Positions 1 through 13,907 of a DNA stretch of 64,000 bases are shown here, one piece after another. Origin of the DNA: Podospora anserina. Taxonomy: Eukaryota. How positions within the stretch are numbered: the stretch's first letter is position 1; the number at the start of each line of letters is the position of its first letter. The notes beneath the pieces are model-generated. The model ran no database searches and was not told the origin of the DNA. It saw nothing but the letters and a program-made list of their open reading frames with translations. Made by a program: the position numbers and the translations under genes. The DNA lies in contig CM030338.1 in the NCBI GenBank assembly GCA_017654855.1, forward strand, positions 3,658,001 to 3,722,000, in the 5' to 3' direction.

Positions 1-2282
1 GTTTTTTTCCCAGTTTTTTCCCTCAAACGTCCCATCGCAGGCCGCCTGAAGCCCTGGTGCCCTGGTGCTCAGAATACAGCCTGATGGCGTTTTGTTGCTG
101 GAGTTGACGAATTGGCCAATGACATCTTTGACAAGGTTTCCGTTTACACACCATCAGTAAACCGCCCGAGTTGGCCTGCAGGTTAAAAGATCGTTTGGCT
201 GGGAGGTTCCTGGAATTACCTAACTGGAACTGCACCTGGTGCATCTGGGCATCAGGTGGCACATGAGGCTCTCACCCAGACTGCTCGATGCAACGCACAA
301 CGCCCGACAGAACATGCCATCTCCGAGGAAGTCTGAAGTTGGCAGAGACACGTGGTTTTGGAAGACTTTTGGATGATTTATGTCACGCGGTACTCTGAGG
401 GCCTGTGTTATTTATTTTTACGGATAACCAGTACCGAGCGTAGATACGATATGCGCACTGTCGAATATTTTAGAGATATCTGAGCATCGCGTCATAGGGC
501 TGGATCTTAGCGCAGAAGCAGAAATGGCGGGGAAAATTAATACCATCCAGGCGAGGGGTTCCCGCACAACTCTTGTTTTTCAGTCTCTTTGCACAACAAA
601 CGTCAGCTTGCAGGGGAGCAGCGAGAAGTTTGCAGTGGACAAAGGAAAGGGGGACCAATGTTCGACTCGAGCTTGGCTTCTTCGGCCGCTTTCCAAGCAC
701 TCGGTGCAAGCTTGGAATATGGGGCAAACAAAGCCAATTCCATGGAACAGAACCTTTGCCGCACACAAAATTTTCCCTCGAGGTGGAGCCCCAGGACTTT
801 GGGAAGAGGTCACTGGGTCACCAGGTGACCCTGGATTTTGCCTTGACAGTGTCTCCAGCGGAGCCCAAAGAGCTTGAAGCTTGAAAGCTGGCATCCAGTT
901 TGTGAGCTCATGCAAGCCTTGTGACTAGTAGGTTGGCTTTCAGCATTAGCCCGTGACCTGAAAAGCGTGCCTCCAGCCCCAGTCCACCACTCACTTGCAA
1001 GTTGGAAGAAAGGAACGACGGCAGATCGCAGACCTGGAACATGCGGTTGCCATTGTCCTCATTATTCCCTGGAGAGATGGGGCTCTTCGGTAAGCTCGGA
1101 GCACTGACATTTGCTTTCCGGATGTCTCACTCAGCACTGATCTCGGCTTCGGCGAGGACTCGGTATGGATACCGACTGTGGTGCTGACTGGCCCGGGCAG
1201 TGGAGTGAACTGACATGCGGGATCGACCAGGTGAAGATCCGCCCTGCACATGGAAGAGGTAGTGTAAGGGGTGCTCCAGATCGATGCTTGGTACGAACCA
1301 CTGTCTGTCTTTGTGCAAGTATTTTTCCACCCAACCTATGTGAGCCTACGTCACCGTCAAAACTCATCAAGCACTCAGAACCGCCGGGGCACACAGCATC
1401 AAAACAAGTGCTACCCTGGCTGCGCAATGATGAGAAGCCTTTCCTGGACTCATGCTGTCAAGACGATGTGGACCGGAAGTGGACTACAAGGTTCACACAA
1501 CAAAGGGGATCGATCGATGGCGGAGCAACAAGGTCCAGCTGGTCAGTTTTGTTCGCGGCCCTGCCGCTCGCTCGGTCGGTGGTGGGCTGTCCAGGTGGAA
1601 CCCTTTAAGCCCTGGCCATCTATTACACATAATTACTTGATGGAAAAGGCCGGACTGGTCCTCAGGGACATACAAATACTCTGACGAGCCTGCATCCTAC
1701 TCTTGCGTCAGACCTCTGAGGAATTGTTGGTAGACTTATAGCCGTGCTCTTTCAAACCATAGACGTTATCCCACCACCCATCTCCACGCTGTTATTCGCA
1801 TCTTCACACCCTCAGATCCCAACACTGGGTGACCCCATCTTCACTTTCCAGTCAAAGAAACGAGCCACGGGCACTCGATTAAATACCACGCGTCGAAGGA
1901 TAATCGAATCGAATCAGAAGAAGGCGAACTACCTCTTGGTGACATTTCATGGATATTGGGGACAGGGAAAACCACCGCAACGAGGATTTTCCACGAAAAC
2001 CAAGGGCGCCACCTCAACACCTAGCAACTGGACCACTTTCAGCAGTTTTGGCTTTCGCAGGTGACACGGCAGCTCTGACACACACACTGCGCGGAGCGCT
2101 CAAGCTACCTATCCTCCCGTGACACCTTCCCCGCATTCTCTAGGCCTTTCTAGGCCTCAGCAGAAGCGGCGCATCCAGCAGCAGGCCGCCTGCAGCCGGT
2201 AGTAGCCCCGTGCCTGCCCCGAGCCCACCCCGCCATTGGCAGGGGCTTCCCTAACTTGGAAATCAATAATAGAACAGCCAAC

Positions 2283-3932
2283 ATGCCACACCGGGTAGCC
2301 AACTTTTTCCGGTCGTCGACCCATTCCCTGGAGCACCAAGTTTCGAATTTCACCAAAAAGTCATCCTCGGGTTCCCGGAGACGGGCCTCCCCACCCGGCA
2401 GCGGAAGAAGTACGGGCTCAGAGCTAGTGGCTTATACATCTGAAGAGGAGCTTGACGATTCCCATGCTCCGCCCTACGTTCCACGCTTGAAGATGGGCGA
2501 CTCCCGGACCAGCAGTTTTACCTCGGATTCACACAAAGAAAAGGAACATGGGCACCACCACCGGCTCTCGTTCCCCGGCATGCATTTTGGGCGGTCCAAC
2601 AAGGAGAGCCATGTACACACCCCCGCCTCGCTGGACTGGAAGCTCGAGTCTCCGCCCATCGTCATGTACGGGAATGCCGAGAACAGCACCGGCGCTCTGC
2701 TATCCGGGCAGCTCTTTCTCCACATCAAGGATGAGGCCCTGGAGATCGAATCGTTTACAGCGACGCTCACTATCCGGGTATCGCAAAAGAAGCCTTTTGC
2801 CAACCACTGTGCCGAGTGCACCAGTCAGTGTACCGAGATCAAAAAGTGGTCTATGCTCGAGCACCCCTTGGTGATGATGAGAGGTAGGTGATGTTTGAGA
2901 GGTGGCCTTGCAAATCTCATAAGCTGACACCGTGTCACATTAGGCCAACATTCGTTCCCATTCTCTGTGCTCATGGAGGGCCATTTACCTGCCAGCATGG
3001 AAACTCCTCTCGTCTCGATCTCATACGAGTTCAAAGCCGAAGCCATTCCCAGGAGCAACGGTATCACCCCGGTACCGCCCATCAGGCTCGAAAAGGTGCT
3101 CGATGTCAAACGCAGTCTCCCAGCATCCGAGATACCACATCACTCCGTCCGAGTGTTCCCCCCCACCAACATCAAGGCCAGTGCGCACTACCCTCACGTC
3201 ATACACCCGATTGGAAGCTACACTCTGGCACTTCGACTGGATGGAATCTCTAAGCTCAATCCAAGGGTGAACACGATAGAGTACTGGAAACTCAAGAAGC
3301 TCACGTGGCGACTGGAGGAAACGATCAAGACGGTAGCACCGGCATGCGGTCGGCACAGTCCCAGATTGGGAGATAGTGAGGAGGGTGCGCAGCCCAAGAA
3401 AGGCATCGTTCGTAGCGACACGCGGATCATTGGTGAAAAGACGCTGTTCTCGGGCTGGAAAAGTGACTATACCAGCGCCAATGACGCCAAGGTGGAGCTC
3501 GAGCTGGAGTACAGCCTAGGGAAGCACGCCAGGTCTGCCTGTGATACCAAGAGCCAGGATGGGACCGAGGTGAGTCACCAGCTGATGGTGGAGATGGTGG
3601 TCTCTCAGGAATGGGCGCCAGTGAACAAGCCCTCTCTGGTCACTCACACCGGGGTTGGACGCATCCTGCGCATGCATTTCGGCACCATTTTGACGGAGCG
3701 CGGGGGCATTGGGATCAGCTGGGATAACGAAGCCCCGCCTATTTATCAAGATGTGCCCCCCAGCCCGCCCGCCTATTCTCAAGAAACCAATCTGCACAGC
3801 GACGCGTCAATTGCCGAGATGATTGAGCCACTGGATGGCGCTCTGACAGCGGGCCCGGTGCACAGGTTGGTGGTGGAAGAGGAAGGAGGAAGCTCTCGCG
3901 GTCATCGGAGGGCAAGTTCTGAAGGGAGGTGA
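2283..3932 (+). CDS. LDB19: Arrestin-related trafficking adaptor, Ldb19/Art1 family; 2 exons (intron 2884-2943)
   Basis: ORFs 2256-2891 and 2967-3932 join via GTAGGT...CTGAC...TAG to read MMRG|QHSFPFSVLMEGHLP. Ldb19-like segments LESPPIVMYG..STGALLSGQL and HHSVRVFPPTN; C-terminal PY motifs (PPIY, PPAY). Confidence 0.88.
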
Positions 3933-4890
3933 AAAGCCCCTTTCAGCTGGGCCCGGACGTTCCACTGCAGTCAGACTGGTGGGAAACCTCCACCCTATGG
4001 TCAACAAGCGTGCATTTTCGAAAAGGGAGACGGCGGGCAATGGGCTTGACAGCGGCGTTTATTTGTTTTGTTTGCATTATACCCCCGGGAACAGCGTCAG
4101 CAGCGCGCATGGCAGTTCTATCTACAATCTTGCAATTTGGGCGTTTTTTTCTGTTTGGACTTGTTTCAGGGACTCAAAAAAAGGAAGGAGGAGCGAGGGT
4201 GAGAGCAATCGGTCAGTTTGGTGTCTATAGAGCAAGAGTTGTTGCGTTTTCAAAGGGTCTGGCATCTCCTCGGCTGGAGCATTCAAGAAAAGGGCGTTTG
4301 GAGGCAAGGAAATTGAAAAAGGGGAAGGGTCTGCATCTGTCATGATTCATGGCCATGATCGAGAGAGTGGGAACAAAGGTATATATATATTGTACATACT
4401 CCCACAATGAAAACAACACAAACATAAAAGAGTCTATTGCTCTTCTTTTGCTTTTTTTCCAAAATTGATCTATATTAGAGCTGCCCTGGGAATAGAATCA
4501 GGATGATGTCAAAACCATGTAGGTACTTCCAGTTTGCGGGGAGATGGGGGTGGGGAAGTTGGCCTATCGATAAGTCACCTAACCCTTCATGGACGTTTAC
4601 TCACCTGCCGTTAGCTCAGGTTCGATTGGTGGTGACTCGACGGAGCTTCGACTCAACCGGCGAACCTAGGCCTACATTCCAGCATCTTGGACTCATTGTT
4701 TCCCTCTCGACTTACATCCCTCCTCGCGTCTTCTTGCATAAATAGCCAACAGCAGCTGTCTTTGGTACTGCACTGACCCAGCTGGTTCTTTCTTCTCAGT
4801 TGGCATCCGGTGGAGCTTGCTTTCTTGTTGGTGTTCCATCCGTTTGCATCGCCTTCATCTAGAAGCTCAAGAGAGTACCCCGCCACAATC

Positions 4891-6901
4891 ATGAACAGCA
4901 AATCTGCAAAACAGTTGCCGCACGAGAAGCGGAAAGGAGAAGCAGCCCTCAGCGACTTCGCCGAGTATGTCGAACAGCAACAAGCGCTACGTTTTCCGCT
5001 TTCCAGAGCACCCGCGACCAGCAGTGCTGCCCACCATTCTGCCACAGCCAAGAGTGCCCAGGCCGACGCCGACCATGAGCACCATGACGAGCTCGATGAC
5101 ATTCTCGACAGCCTCGACCTTTCTGACCCAGCGCCGCGCGTGAGGTTACGAGAGTTTCTACTGTCTCCGGAAAGCAGCACGGACGCCCTGGAGGGGCTCT
5201 CCGAGATCATACAGAAACGGTTACTGGAGGGCCATGGCGAGACCGTGTTTGATGTGGGCGTGGAGGACAATGGCGACAGCATGAAGCTTACACGAGATGA
5301 ATGGGACACGGCATACAAACGCGTCATCGACGCCGCAAAGAAGCTCGCGGCAGACTGTCAGCTCTTGTTAACCAAGAACGTGGGCGGGGAGCTGGATGGA
5401 GCTCCCACCAAAGACAAGGATTGCAGCGGCAAAGTGATGGTACGACAGGCTCCTTCCACCGTCGAGGAGGTCATCGAGACCAGGATAGCAGTGGTGGGAA
5501 ATGTTGACGCCGGGAAAAGCTCCATGCTGGGCGTGCTGGTCAAAGGCGATCTTGACGATGGAAGGGGCAAGGCGCGAGTCAACCTGTTCCGGCACAAGCA
5601 CGAAATCGAGACAGGGCGGACATCGTCTGTCGGCATGGAAATTATGGGGTTCGATACCAAGGGCGATGTTGTAGTGTCCGACACGCCAGGCCGCAAGCTA
5701 TCGTGGGAGGAGATTGGAAAACGCAGCGCCAAAGTAATCACTTTTAGCGATCTGGCTGGTCATGAACGTTATCTTCGCACCACGGTCTTTGGACTGTTGT
5801 CTAGCAGCCCAAACTACTGCCTCCTGATGGTGGCAGCGAACAATGGGCTGATCGGCATGAGCAAAGAACATCTTGGCATTGCCCTTGCCCTGAACGTGCC
5901 CGTGATGGTTGTCATCACCAAGATAGACATCTGTCCGCCACAGATTCTGGAACAGACGGTCAACCAGATCACCAGGATACTAAAGAGCCCGGGGGCCCGG
6001 AAAATACCAATATTCATCAAGAACCGGGAAGAGTGCATCAACACGGCCACCCAGTTTGTGAGCCAGCGTATCTGCCCTATCTTCCAGGTCTCCAATGTAA
6101 CGGGTGAGAACCTCGACCTGGTCCGATCCTTTCTTAACATTCTGCCACACCACGGCCGCTACGACGCCGAGGCTCCATTCGAGTTCCACGTCAATGACAC
6201 CTTCAGTGTGCCGCACGTCGGAACGGTAGTGAGTGGTATCGTGAAGTCCGGCGTCATCCACGCAGGCGACGATGTACAAATAGGGCCGGACTCCCTGGGT
6301 CGGTTTACCCAGACATCTATCCGTTCGATCGAGAGGAAAAGAATTGGTGTCCCCATGGCATCCGCCGGCCAGTCCGCCTCATTTGCCCTTCGTAGAATAC
6401 GACGCAAGGATGTGCGGAAAGGGATGGTTGTTCTCGCCAAGTTGGACGGCGCCCCCCCAAAAGTCTATCGCGAGTTTGTTGCTGAAGGTAAGCCACATAT
6501 CCAACCCCCGCGGTACCTAGGAAGATGTCGGACTCTCGTGCTAAATCAGTCTAGTCCTCATCCTGTCACACGCCACGACGATCAAAACCAAGTACCAGGC
6601 CATGTTGCATGTCGGACCTGTTTCGCAAACTTGTGCCATCATTGACGTTGATCGGCCCTTTATACGAACTGGTGACCGAGCTACAGTCGCGTTTCGCTTT
6701 GTGCAACGGCCCGAGTATCTTGCGCCGGGAGATCGGTTACTTTTCCGCGAGGGGAGAACAAAAGGTCTGGGGATCGTCAAGAGTGTTGGGTATGATCCGT
6801 CTCAGCCTTTGATGGCCAAACAGGGAGACGAGGGTACTGCCCCCCTTCCACAAACAGCAACAGAGGAGAGTAAAGGAGCTGAGGTGATGGCCGACGCATG
6901 A
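4891..6901 (+). CDS. GTP-binding protein GTPBP1/2-like (translation-factor GTPase); 2 exons (intron 6488-6554)
   Basis: G1 GNVDAGKS, G3 DLAGHE, G4 TKID, followed by EF-Tu-like domains II/III. Splicing restores FVAE|VLILSHATTIKTKYQAMLHVG. Confidence 0.92.
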
Positions 6902-7486
6902 TCTGTCTGTTTGAAAGTCCCCTCGCCACTAGGGCTGTACATCAGCACCCTTGATTGTTTTGTTGAGAACAGATAGAATACCGGGGACGATGCAGCGAAA
7001 TCGAGCATTTTCGGGAGCGCTGGAAGTTCGGGCAGGCCCCATGTGATGGGTGACTTTTCATCTTGGTTTTACATTTGTTTTTTTAAATATATTCGTGTCT
7101 TTTCTTCTTTTGCCTTTATAGTTGTCATTATTCTTCAGACGAAACGGTGGCTCGCACCAAGCCGCAATCTCTGAAGGTCCCTTTGACGACCCTTTTGGAA
7201 GGAGTACACTCCTCTGTTGTAGCTAACCAGTAATGGGCCTTCCCATACATTCCATTGCCAGACCCATGTGATCAGGTCTTGATTCGGATGGGCCAAAAGC
7301 AGCCAAGAGCGCGTTCTCGTTGACACCTCCAGCGAACAGTTCGGCGATGCAGTCCAGGGCTAAGGCTAAATCCTCATCTGTTCAGAAACCTGGGTCGGGT
7401 AGCATGGGCAATAATGGTACTGAGTGTAGCCTTGATCGTCAAATGCTTCATGGCTGGACGCGCTGAAGGCATGGATATTGCCACTT

Positions 7487-8013
7487 TCAGTGAATCCGTG
7501 ACTGAGGGGAGATGAGCACAACGCTATCACCTGCATGGAATGTTAGCCGGGTTCCACAGACCTGATGAGATGGATCTAAAAAGTACTGACCTCTGACAAA
7601 AAGCATCTCGGATTTCCGGCTGATAGTCTGTATGCATCGAAGGGCACATTTTAGCCGCAGTTCTTGACATGGCATTGAACAGGTAGGTGGCCACCACTAT
7701 GATGGACTTTTCACTGACCTTGACTTCTTCGTCGTTCTCCTCGTCTTCAACCACGTATATCGTCTCCTCCACATCCCCCAAGACGAGGTTACAATGGCTG
7801 TCGTAAGCCTACATAGTTAGGTTAGTCGCAGAAAAAGGCCAGGAGGTGCTGGGAAGTGCTGGCAGTGTTGAGAAAGGAAGGCAAGCTTACGTGGAGCCGA
7901 CCTTTGAGCTCACGGTCTCCCCTCAGCTTCACAAACACAACCTCGTCGAGCAGCAGGCGGACGAGATCGAGGGGCTCCGAAACGGAAGGCGCCTCCTCTG
8001 CAACATCGGCCAT
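7487..8013 (-). CDS. LSM3: U6 snRNA-associated Sm-like protein LSm3; 4 exons (8013-7891, 7808-7719, 7627-7591, 7530-7487)
   Basis: Spliced product [47 protein letters not shown]...|[21 protein letters not shown] carries Sm1/Sm2 motifs; three canonical GT-AG introns. Confidence 0.95.
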
Positions 8014-8507
8014 TTTGAGGGGTTGTTTTTGGACCGAAGCTTAGTGTGCAAGGATCAAGAGAATGAAGTTGCCGTCGTTCTGTTGTTGTGGTGGTGGTTG
8101 TATATCGTTGTTTTGAACGTGGTTGTTTGTCGTCGTCAGTTAGCAGTTCAGACAGCAACTCATCCCAGCCTGGTTGGTGACTGCCGAGTGAGCGAGCGAT
8201 GGGAGTGAGTTGAGTGGGTGCACGCTGGAGTCCGTTGCGATGGATCTGCCGGCTGACACCGCCTGCCATGCTGGGGTTCGTGAACCATGGTGGACAGGGG
8301 GGAGCCCTATAAGTGGGGCATTTGACAGGAGCTCTTTCGACATCCAAGTTGGGTTCTCATTTTCATGGGATTTCGACATACATTCTGCCCGAGAGTGGCA
8401 GTCTTGAGAAATCTGGGTCACGTAGCAAAGAAATTATGATATTATTACAAGTTCAACTACGCTGTATGTGCTTCCTTGGCTAGTCCAGGGACTGGCAAGC
8501 CATCACC

Positions 8508-9438
8508 TTATTTTCTCTTGATCTTTTCCAGCCGGAGATCATTGATGTACATGTACCTGCTCAGAATGATCCAGCCGTAACGGAACCACACCATCTGACT
8601 CTTGTGCGCCGTGGTCATGGCTTTCCACGCCGTTGTGAAGCTACCATGACCAGCCAAACCATTGAGAAACACGAGCCCACCGGGGTGCTTTTTATCCCTC
8701 TTGCCGGCACCAATTGCCCAGCTCAGTAGGGTGGGGAGGACGTCGAGAAAAGCAGAGTATTTGCGGGCTATTGGGACGGTTGTCAAAGTATAAAGATCGA
8801 CGGGGGATGCCCATCCCGCCTTGCCAGCCACGAGGGCACCGACAAACTCTTTGGCGCCATGATACAGCGAGATATGGTTGGGATGGCTTGACACACCACC
8901 GGCGTCAAAGGTAATGAGCACATCCATGGAGGCTGTGGGGGGCGATGAGGCACCCTTTGACTTGTTCAGTTGAGGCGCAAAGGCAGAAACAAGGAGGTCC
9001 GAGATCTTGCCCGCATCCCAGGTCGTGGTCATGCTGTCGCGGAACTCGGGCTTCTCGACCACAAAAACATCACTGGTGGACCGCAAGCCGAGGACCACAC
9101 CAGATTTGGCCAGCTCTTTCTTTCGGGTCTCCCCCAAGCCATCCGCATCACCTGTGTCAAGAAAAGAATATCAGTACTTGTGCGAGAACCAAGGGGGCTC
9201 TGGCGAAGTACACACCACTACTCAAGCAGAGAATCTTGACATGGTTGCCAATTTCAGGCCGCGTAAGGGCGAGAACTGTGGGGGCAAAGAACATGGCCTC
9301 ATCGTCCGGGTGCGCAATCAGAAGACAGATGCTCTTGTTCTCCAACTTTGGAAACCGCGTCGAGACCACAGAGGCGGTGTATATGTAAAGTGACGGGAGC
9401 ACGACAGCCAGTACGGCGAAGATGGTGAGCAACTCCAT
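8508..9438 (-). CDS. GPI12: N-acetylglucosaminyl-phosphatidylinositol de-N-acetylase (PIG-L); 2 exons (intron 9215-9152)
   Basis: N-terminal TM anchor, [12 protein letters not shown] motif, [40 protein letters not shown]. Confidence 0.94.
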
Positions 9439-10037
9439 CTCGATTTGCCCGAGCTCGACAGCGATATCGTCCCCAATCGTTCGTCTTGTCGAAAATCGGG
9501 CGCACAGTCAGGCAGGGGCCGAAAAGCGAAGCGGTTCAAAAAGGAGGCGGGTCGGAAATTTCTTGGGCCGTTACTGCAAGGGACAACCGGTCTGAGAGAA
9601 ACAATGTTTTCGTGGAAGATGCATCAGGCGCCACTTTTTCGATTGGCAAGGTTCCCCTGGTCCTCATCAAGTTCAGTGGACCTGCGGATAGTGAAGCTCA
9701 CATCACGTCGTTACCAAGCCCTGTCCCGGAAAAAGGAACCACAGAAGCCTTGTGTAGGTATGCCGTACTCAAAGTTGGAGAATAGAGAGCTATGGCTATG
9801 AAAAGACTCATCTCTGTTTGTACCGGCCAGAAGGGTTTGATGCATGCACAGGGAGCTGCCCCTCCATTCGCTCATGGTCCCCCACTACGGCGGCGCAGCG
9901 CAACAAGAGCTCCAGTGGAGCTGTCAGCCAAGCTTCTGGGAAGTGATTGCTATATTTAATTAATATGTATTAGCGCCGCGAAACACGCTCGCGCGTTCTT
10001 TGCTTCTCGTCTTTCTTCTCCCTGGACCTCGACGACA

Positions 10038-10791
10038 ATGGCAAGACAACGGAAAGATCCCGTCACCAAGGTCAGACTCAGGCAACCTGACCGATCGGGC
10101 CCGAAGGAGAAGACGCTGCTGGAGATTGCCCAGGAGAGGAATCTCTTTGCCGAGGCCGAGAAGCGACAAAATGCGCTGAGGAAGAAAACCGGAAAGTCCG
10201 GGACTGTTGATGGGAACAGCAGCAGCGAGGATGACGAAGAGGACGACGAAGAGGATGAGGAGAAACGCTTGTCTCCGACCGCCGAGCGCATTCTCGAGAC
10301 GATGCTCTGGGCTTCGTGTCTGTCAATGCTGCACTTTACACTCGATGTGCTGGTCCAGCACCAGTATTCGGCTGACCGTGTGGTATGGCCCACGGTCTGG
10401 ACGAGGTTCTTCCAGGCTCTTCTTGGTATGTGTGCCATTTCTTTCTCTTGCCACCCGGATCGGCCGCGCTGACGCAGTTCACCATCCAGTCTTCGGATTA
10501 CTGGTTTATACCCTCCACCCTCACCCATCGAAACCGACGCTCGTACCTGGCCTACCCTTGCGATATCAGTCGGTCCTGAGGCAGTCCTTCTTTTTCGTTT
10601 GCAGCATATGCGCCGGCTGCTACATGATTCATATTACGAATATGTTCGGGTATCTGGCAGTCATGAAGCAGGCGCCGTCTCTCGGGTGTCTCTGGGTGTG
10701 GTCCGTGATCGAACTCGAACTCCCCTGGGCTGTTCTCAGCCTTGTTGGAGCCGGGGGCTTTCTGTGGCTCAACGGCTATGACATCAAATGA
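10038..10791 (+). CDS. Conserved fungal membrane protein of unknown function; 2 exons (intron 10426-10489)
   Basis: ORFs 10038-10472 and 10207-10791 join via GTATGT...CTGAC...CAG. Basic/acidic N-terminus followed by several hydrophobic helices (LHFTLDVLVQHQY, GYLAVMKQAPSLGCLWVWSVIEL). Confidence 0.8.
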
Positions 10792-11697
10792 ACCTCAAGG
10801 GAGGCGCTCGTGTGTGGGGCTGGGGACCAGTTTGGGGTGGGCACTTGAGAGAAGGAGGGGGAAGGGGGTTCTTGCAGCTTCAAGGTGTGGTGGGATATCT
10901 AGGGCCAATCGTGTAGGTATGGACGCACGCATGTCACCCGAAGGTACCTCGTCCCGAAAATCACTTCCTGCTTCTCTCCCCGCCCGACTGGTGCCGCGCA
11001 ACCTCCTGTCCACTCTGGTATCGGGTGGCTGGAGGGATGTGATGGTGCATGCGGCTTGGGCGTTTGGAAAACGTCCCTCGCGGCTGCGGTGCAAGCGCCA
11101 CGTCGGTCACCGCACCGGACAGGGAAACTGGAACAGCATCACCACTCTTTCCGGAATGTCTCACGTTAGTTAGCGTTAGCTCGGGTGCGGCCGTTGAGCG
11201 GTATGTAGTTGAGCTGGCCAGTCAACAAGCCCGGCGCGACTTCTTTGTCAAAACCGCATGCAGTTGAAAAACATGCCATGAGACATTTCCCTTCCAGGCC
11301 CGATGGAAGGTCTATGTACCCAGGACCTGCCCTCTTCTCGACGGAAGCAACAATGGCAAAGACAATCAACACCATGCATCGGACTGCAGCCGGTGGCGTT
11401 TCTGCCCGCCAAGGAAACCTGCTGCCTCCGTCGCGCTTGCAGTCTCTTCCACTGACGATCGCGGTTCGAGGAAGAGTTTAAAGCTGGCCGGTCCTGCTCT
11501 GTCCACGCCATGGCCCGTCTGTCTGGCTGTCCCTCGACCTGCCTCACCAACGCTAACATTACTCAGACTCGACACTCTCAACACAGTTATATTTCAGCCT
11601 CATACCCACGCTTGTATTCTGCCGTTTTGCTCCTCGTCAGCCTTATCCGAGCATCGTTACGGACGCCGTCAAATATCCCTTCCCCTTGTTGGCCACC

Positions 11698-12468
11698 ATG
11701 ACGATGATGCGGCTATCCACGTTGCTCTCCCTCTCTGTCGGGCTGCTCCACTCGGGTGGGCAAGCCGCACCAGCCGACACCAGCAGACTGGCGCCCAGAG
11801 TACCTAACGGCGTGATCATTGAGCACTGCACTGTTCCCGGTACCGTGGCCCTCACGTTCGATGACGGTCCCTTCAGCTACACCGGCCATGTCCTGGACCT
11901 CTTGGACGCGTACGGTGCCAAGGCCACGTTCTTCGTCAACGGGGAGAACTGGTCTCACGGAATCGATGACCCCTCGACTACGTGGCCCAGCATCCTGAAA
12001 CGCATGGTTGCCTCTGGTCATCAGATTGCATCTCACACTTGGTCTCATCAAGACCTGACGTACGCCAGCTGGGAGCAGCGAAGATACCAGATGCAGCAAC
12101 TCGAGACATCCCTTCGAAAGGTGATTGGCAAGGTCCCAACTTACATGAGACCGCCTTACGCCAACTGTGGAGGCGATTGCCTCCCCGATATTGAGAGCTT
12201 GGGGTATCACGTGGTCAACTTCGACGTCGACACCAAGGACTACCTTCACAACTCGCCAGGTACCATCCAGGCAGCGATAGATACTTTCTCGTGGGCGGTA
12301 AACTCTGGCGGCCAGTCATCATACCTGGTGCTCAGCCATGATGTACATCAAACTACCGCTGAAATCCTCACTCCCGCCATGTTGGAAATTATTCAGGAGA
12401 ACGGATTGAGGGCTGTCACGGTTGGCGAGTGTTTGGGTGACCCGGCAAGCAACTGGTACCGCTACTAG
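11698..12468 (+). CDS. Secreted chitin/polysaccharide deacetylase (CE4, NodB domain)
   Basis: Signal peptide plus the five CE4 motifs TFDDGP, HTWSH, RPPY, DTKDY, LSHD; intronless. Confidence 0.93.
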   Translation: MTMMRLSTLLSLSVGLLHSGGQAAPADTSRLAPRVPNGVIIEHCTVPGTVALTFDDGPFSYTGHVLDLLDAYGAKATFFVNGENWSHGIDDPSTTWPSILKRMVASGHQIASHTWSHQDLTYASWEQRRYQMQQLETSLRKVIGKVPTYMRPPYANCGGDCLPDIESLGYHVVNFDVDTKDYLHNSPGTIQAAIDTFSWAVNSGGQSSYLVLSHDVHQTTAEILTPAMLEIIQENGLRAVTVGECLGDPASNWYRY

Positions 12469-12822
12469 CGGGCGGATGACGATTGATGACGCTATGAGCC
12501 AGGATATCTCAATGAGCGACGGTCAAGATATGACGGGCAGGCGGCGGTAATGATGATGCTTATAACGGTTGTTTGGTCCTGGGCTCGGAACTTCTGAATC
12601 AGATACTGTTGGTGGAACATGGTCTGCACAAAAGGGAACTTACCCTCTGTTCCTGGTGATTGACCGAAGTTTGGGGGGCTGGCATTGCTCTTCTTTAATC
12701 ATTTATCTATATCGCATAACTAATAGTCCTAGTCGCCTACGGATTGCTAATCCTACACTATAATATACTTTATATCGACATGTGTGCTGCATTTCCATTC
12801 ATGGCTTTGATTTGGAACCATC

Positions 12823-13907
12823 CTAGAGGTTGTCAAGCAGATGTTTAATTTCCCTGGCCACAAATTCCGGGTCGTCCTTTTGTATAAAATGCCCGCATCC
12901 GCTGGCAACCTTCACTGTATTGGAATTTCCCGGGGTGTGGACAAGACGAAGGAGGCCATCATTATAACGTGACCACGTTGGGTTCATAAAAGTGTTGATA
13001 ACTTGCTTCGGGACAGCCATGGTGCCCTAGCAGAATTGAGGTACAGTGTTGTCAGTAGGAGAGTTAAACCACAACGGATGATTGCTCGGCTCAGGAAGTG
13101 TTTACTCACTTTCTCGCACTGCTCAGCGAACTCATCCCAGTCATGACCGACGACGGTCAACAGCGGTGCCTTCTCGCTGGGCTTCTCATCTCCCGGCGCA
13201 GCTATAAGAGGGAGTGAGGGTCTGTCGGAAAAGGGCAACATCTCGGCCAGTTTTCTTCGGTCAAAATGTTCAGGGTTGGGAACCGTCGGGTGGAAAAATT
13301 TGCGAAACTGTGAACGCGTGTATCGCAATTCTTGCGGGGAGACGCCTTTTGGCAAGGAGCCTGGGTCGAAGCCAGTGTCGTCGGGATCTGGGAAGATGGA
13401 GACGAAATCTGTGTTGGCTATCATCGAATCCAGGAAGAGGTATGCCGATATCTGTGTTTGGTCTGCATGTGCGTGGGCGTAGAGGCGTGCCAGGGGGCAG
13501 CCAATGGAGTTGCAGACAAACACCAGACGGGTTGACTCCAGGTTTGGGAGGTGAGGTGACGAGCTGGTGAATTGTGTTAGGAGCTGGTGGAGATCGGAGA
13601 CGATGTCATGAGCGTCATGGCTGTAGGGGATGGTATTGGGGTCATCGGTTGGGTCGTGGTCCGAGTCTCCTTGGCCATAACGATCATAGGTTAATATCGT
13701 TGGAGGGTGCTGATTGTTGTCGGAGAAACTGGAGAGAAGGTGAGATATGGCCGGCAACCAGGCCCTACGTGACAGAACCAGGCCATTAAGAAAGACTACC
13801 AGGACGTCTGAGAGGTTGCGACTGGTACTTGGTGGATGGGCGGAGAAGACAGATGCCCTGAGAGACGCACTTGGTTTGGTGGTGAGGGTGATGGTGATGT
13901 CTTCCAT
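12823..13907 (-). CDS. Alpha/beta-hydrolase fold protein; 2 exons (intron 13109-13027)
   Basis: VVFLNGL, YDRYGQGDSD, nucleophile elbow VCNSIG, C-terminal GCGHFIQKDDP. Splicing reads CEK|GTMAVPK. Confidence 0.85.

Noticed and set aside
1..2250. Many short ORFs upstream of LDB19, some with protein-like stretches
   Set aside because: No recognisable domain or consistent exon chain; may be a decayed gene but this cannot be supported.
4605..4635. tRNA-like words (TTAGCTCAG, GTTCGATT)
   Set aside because: A- and B-box-like motifs are adjacent with no anticodon arm or acceptor stem.
10795..11690. Short Cys-containing ORFs between the membrane protein and the chitin deacetylase
   Set aside because: No motif or coherent gene model; more likely UTR/promoter.
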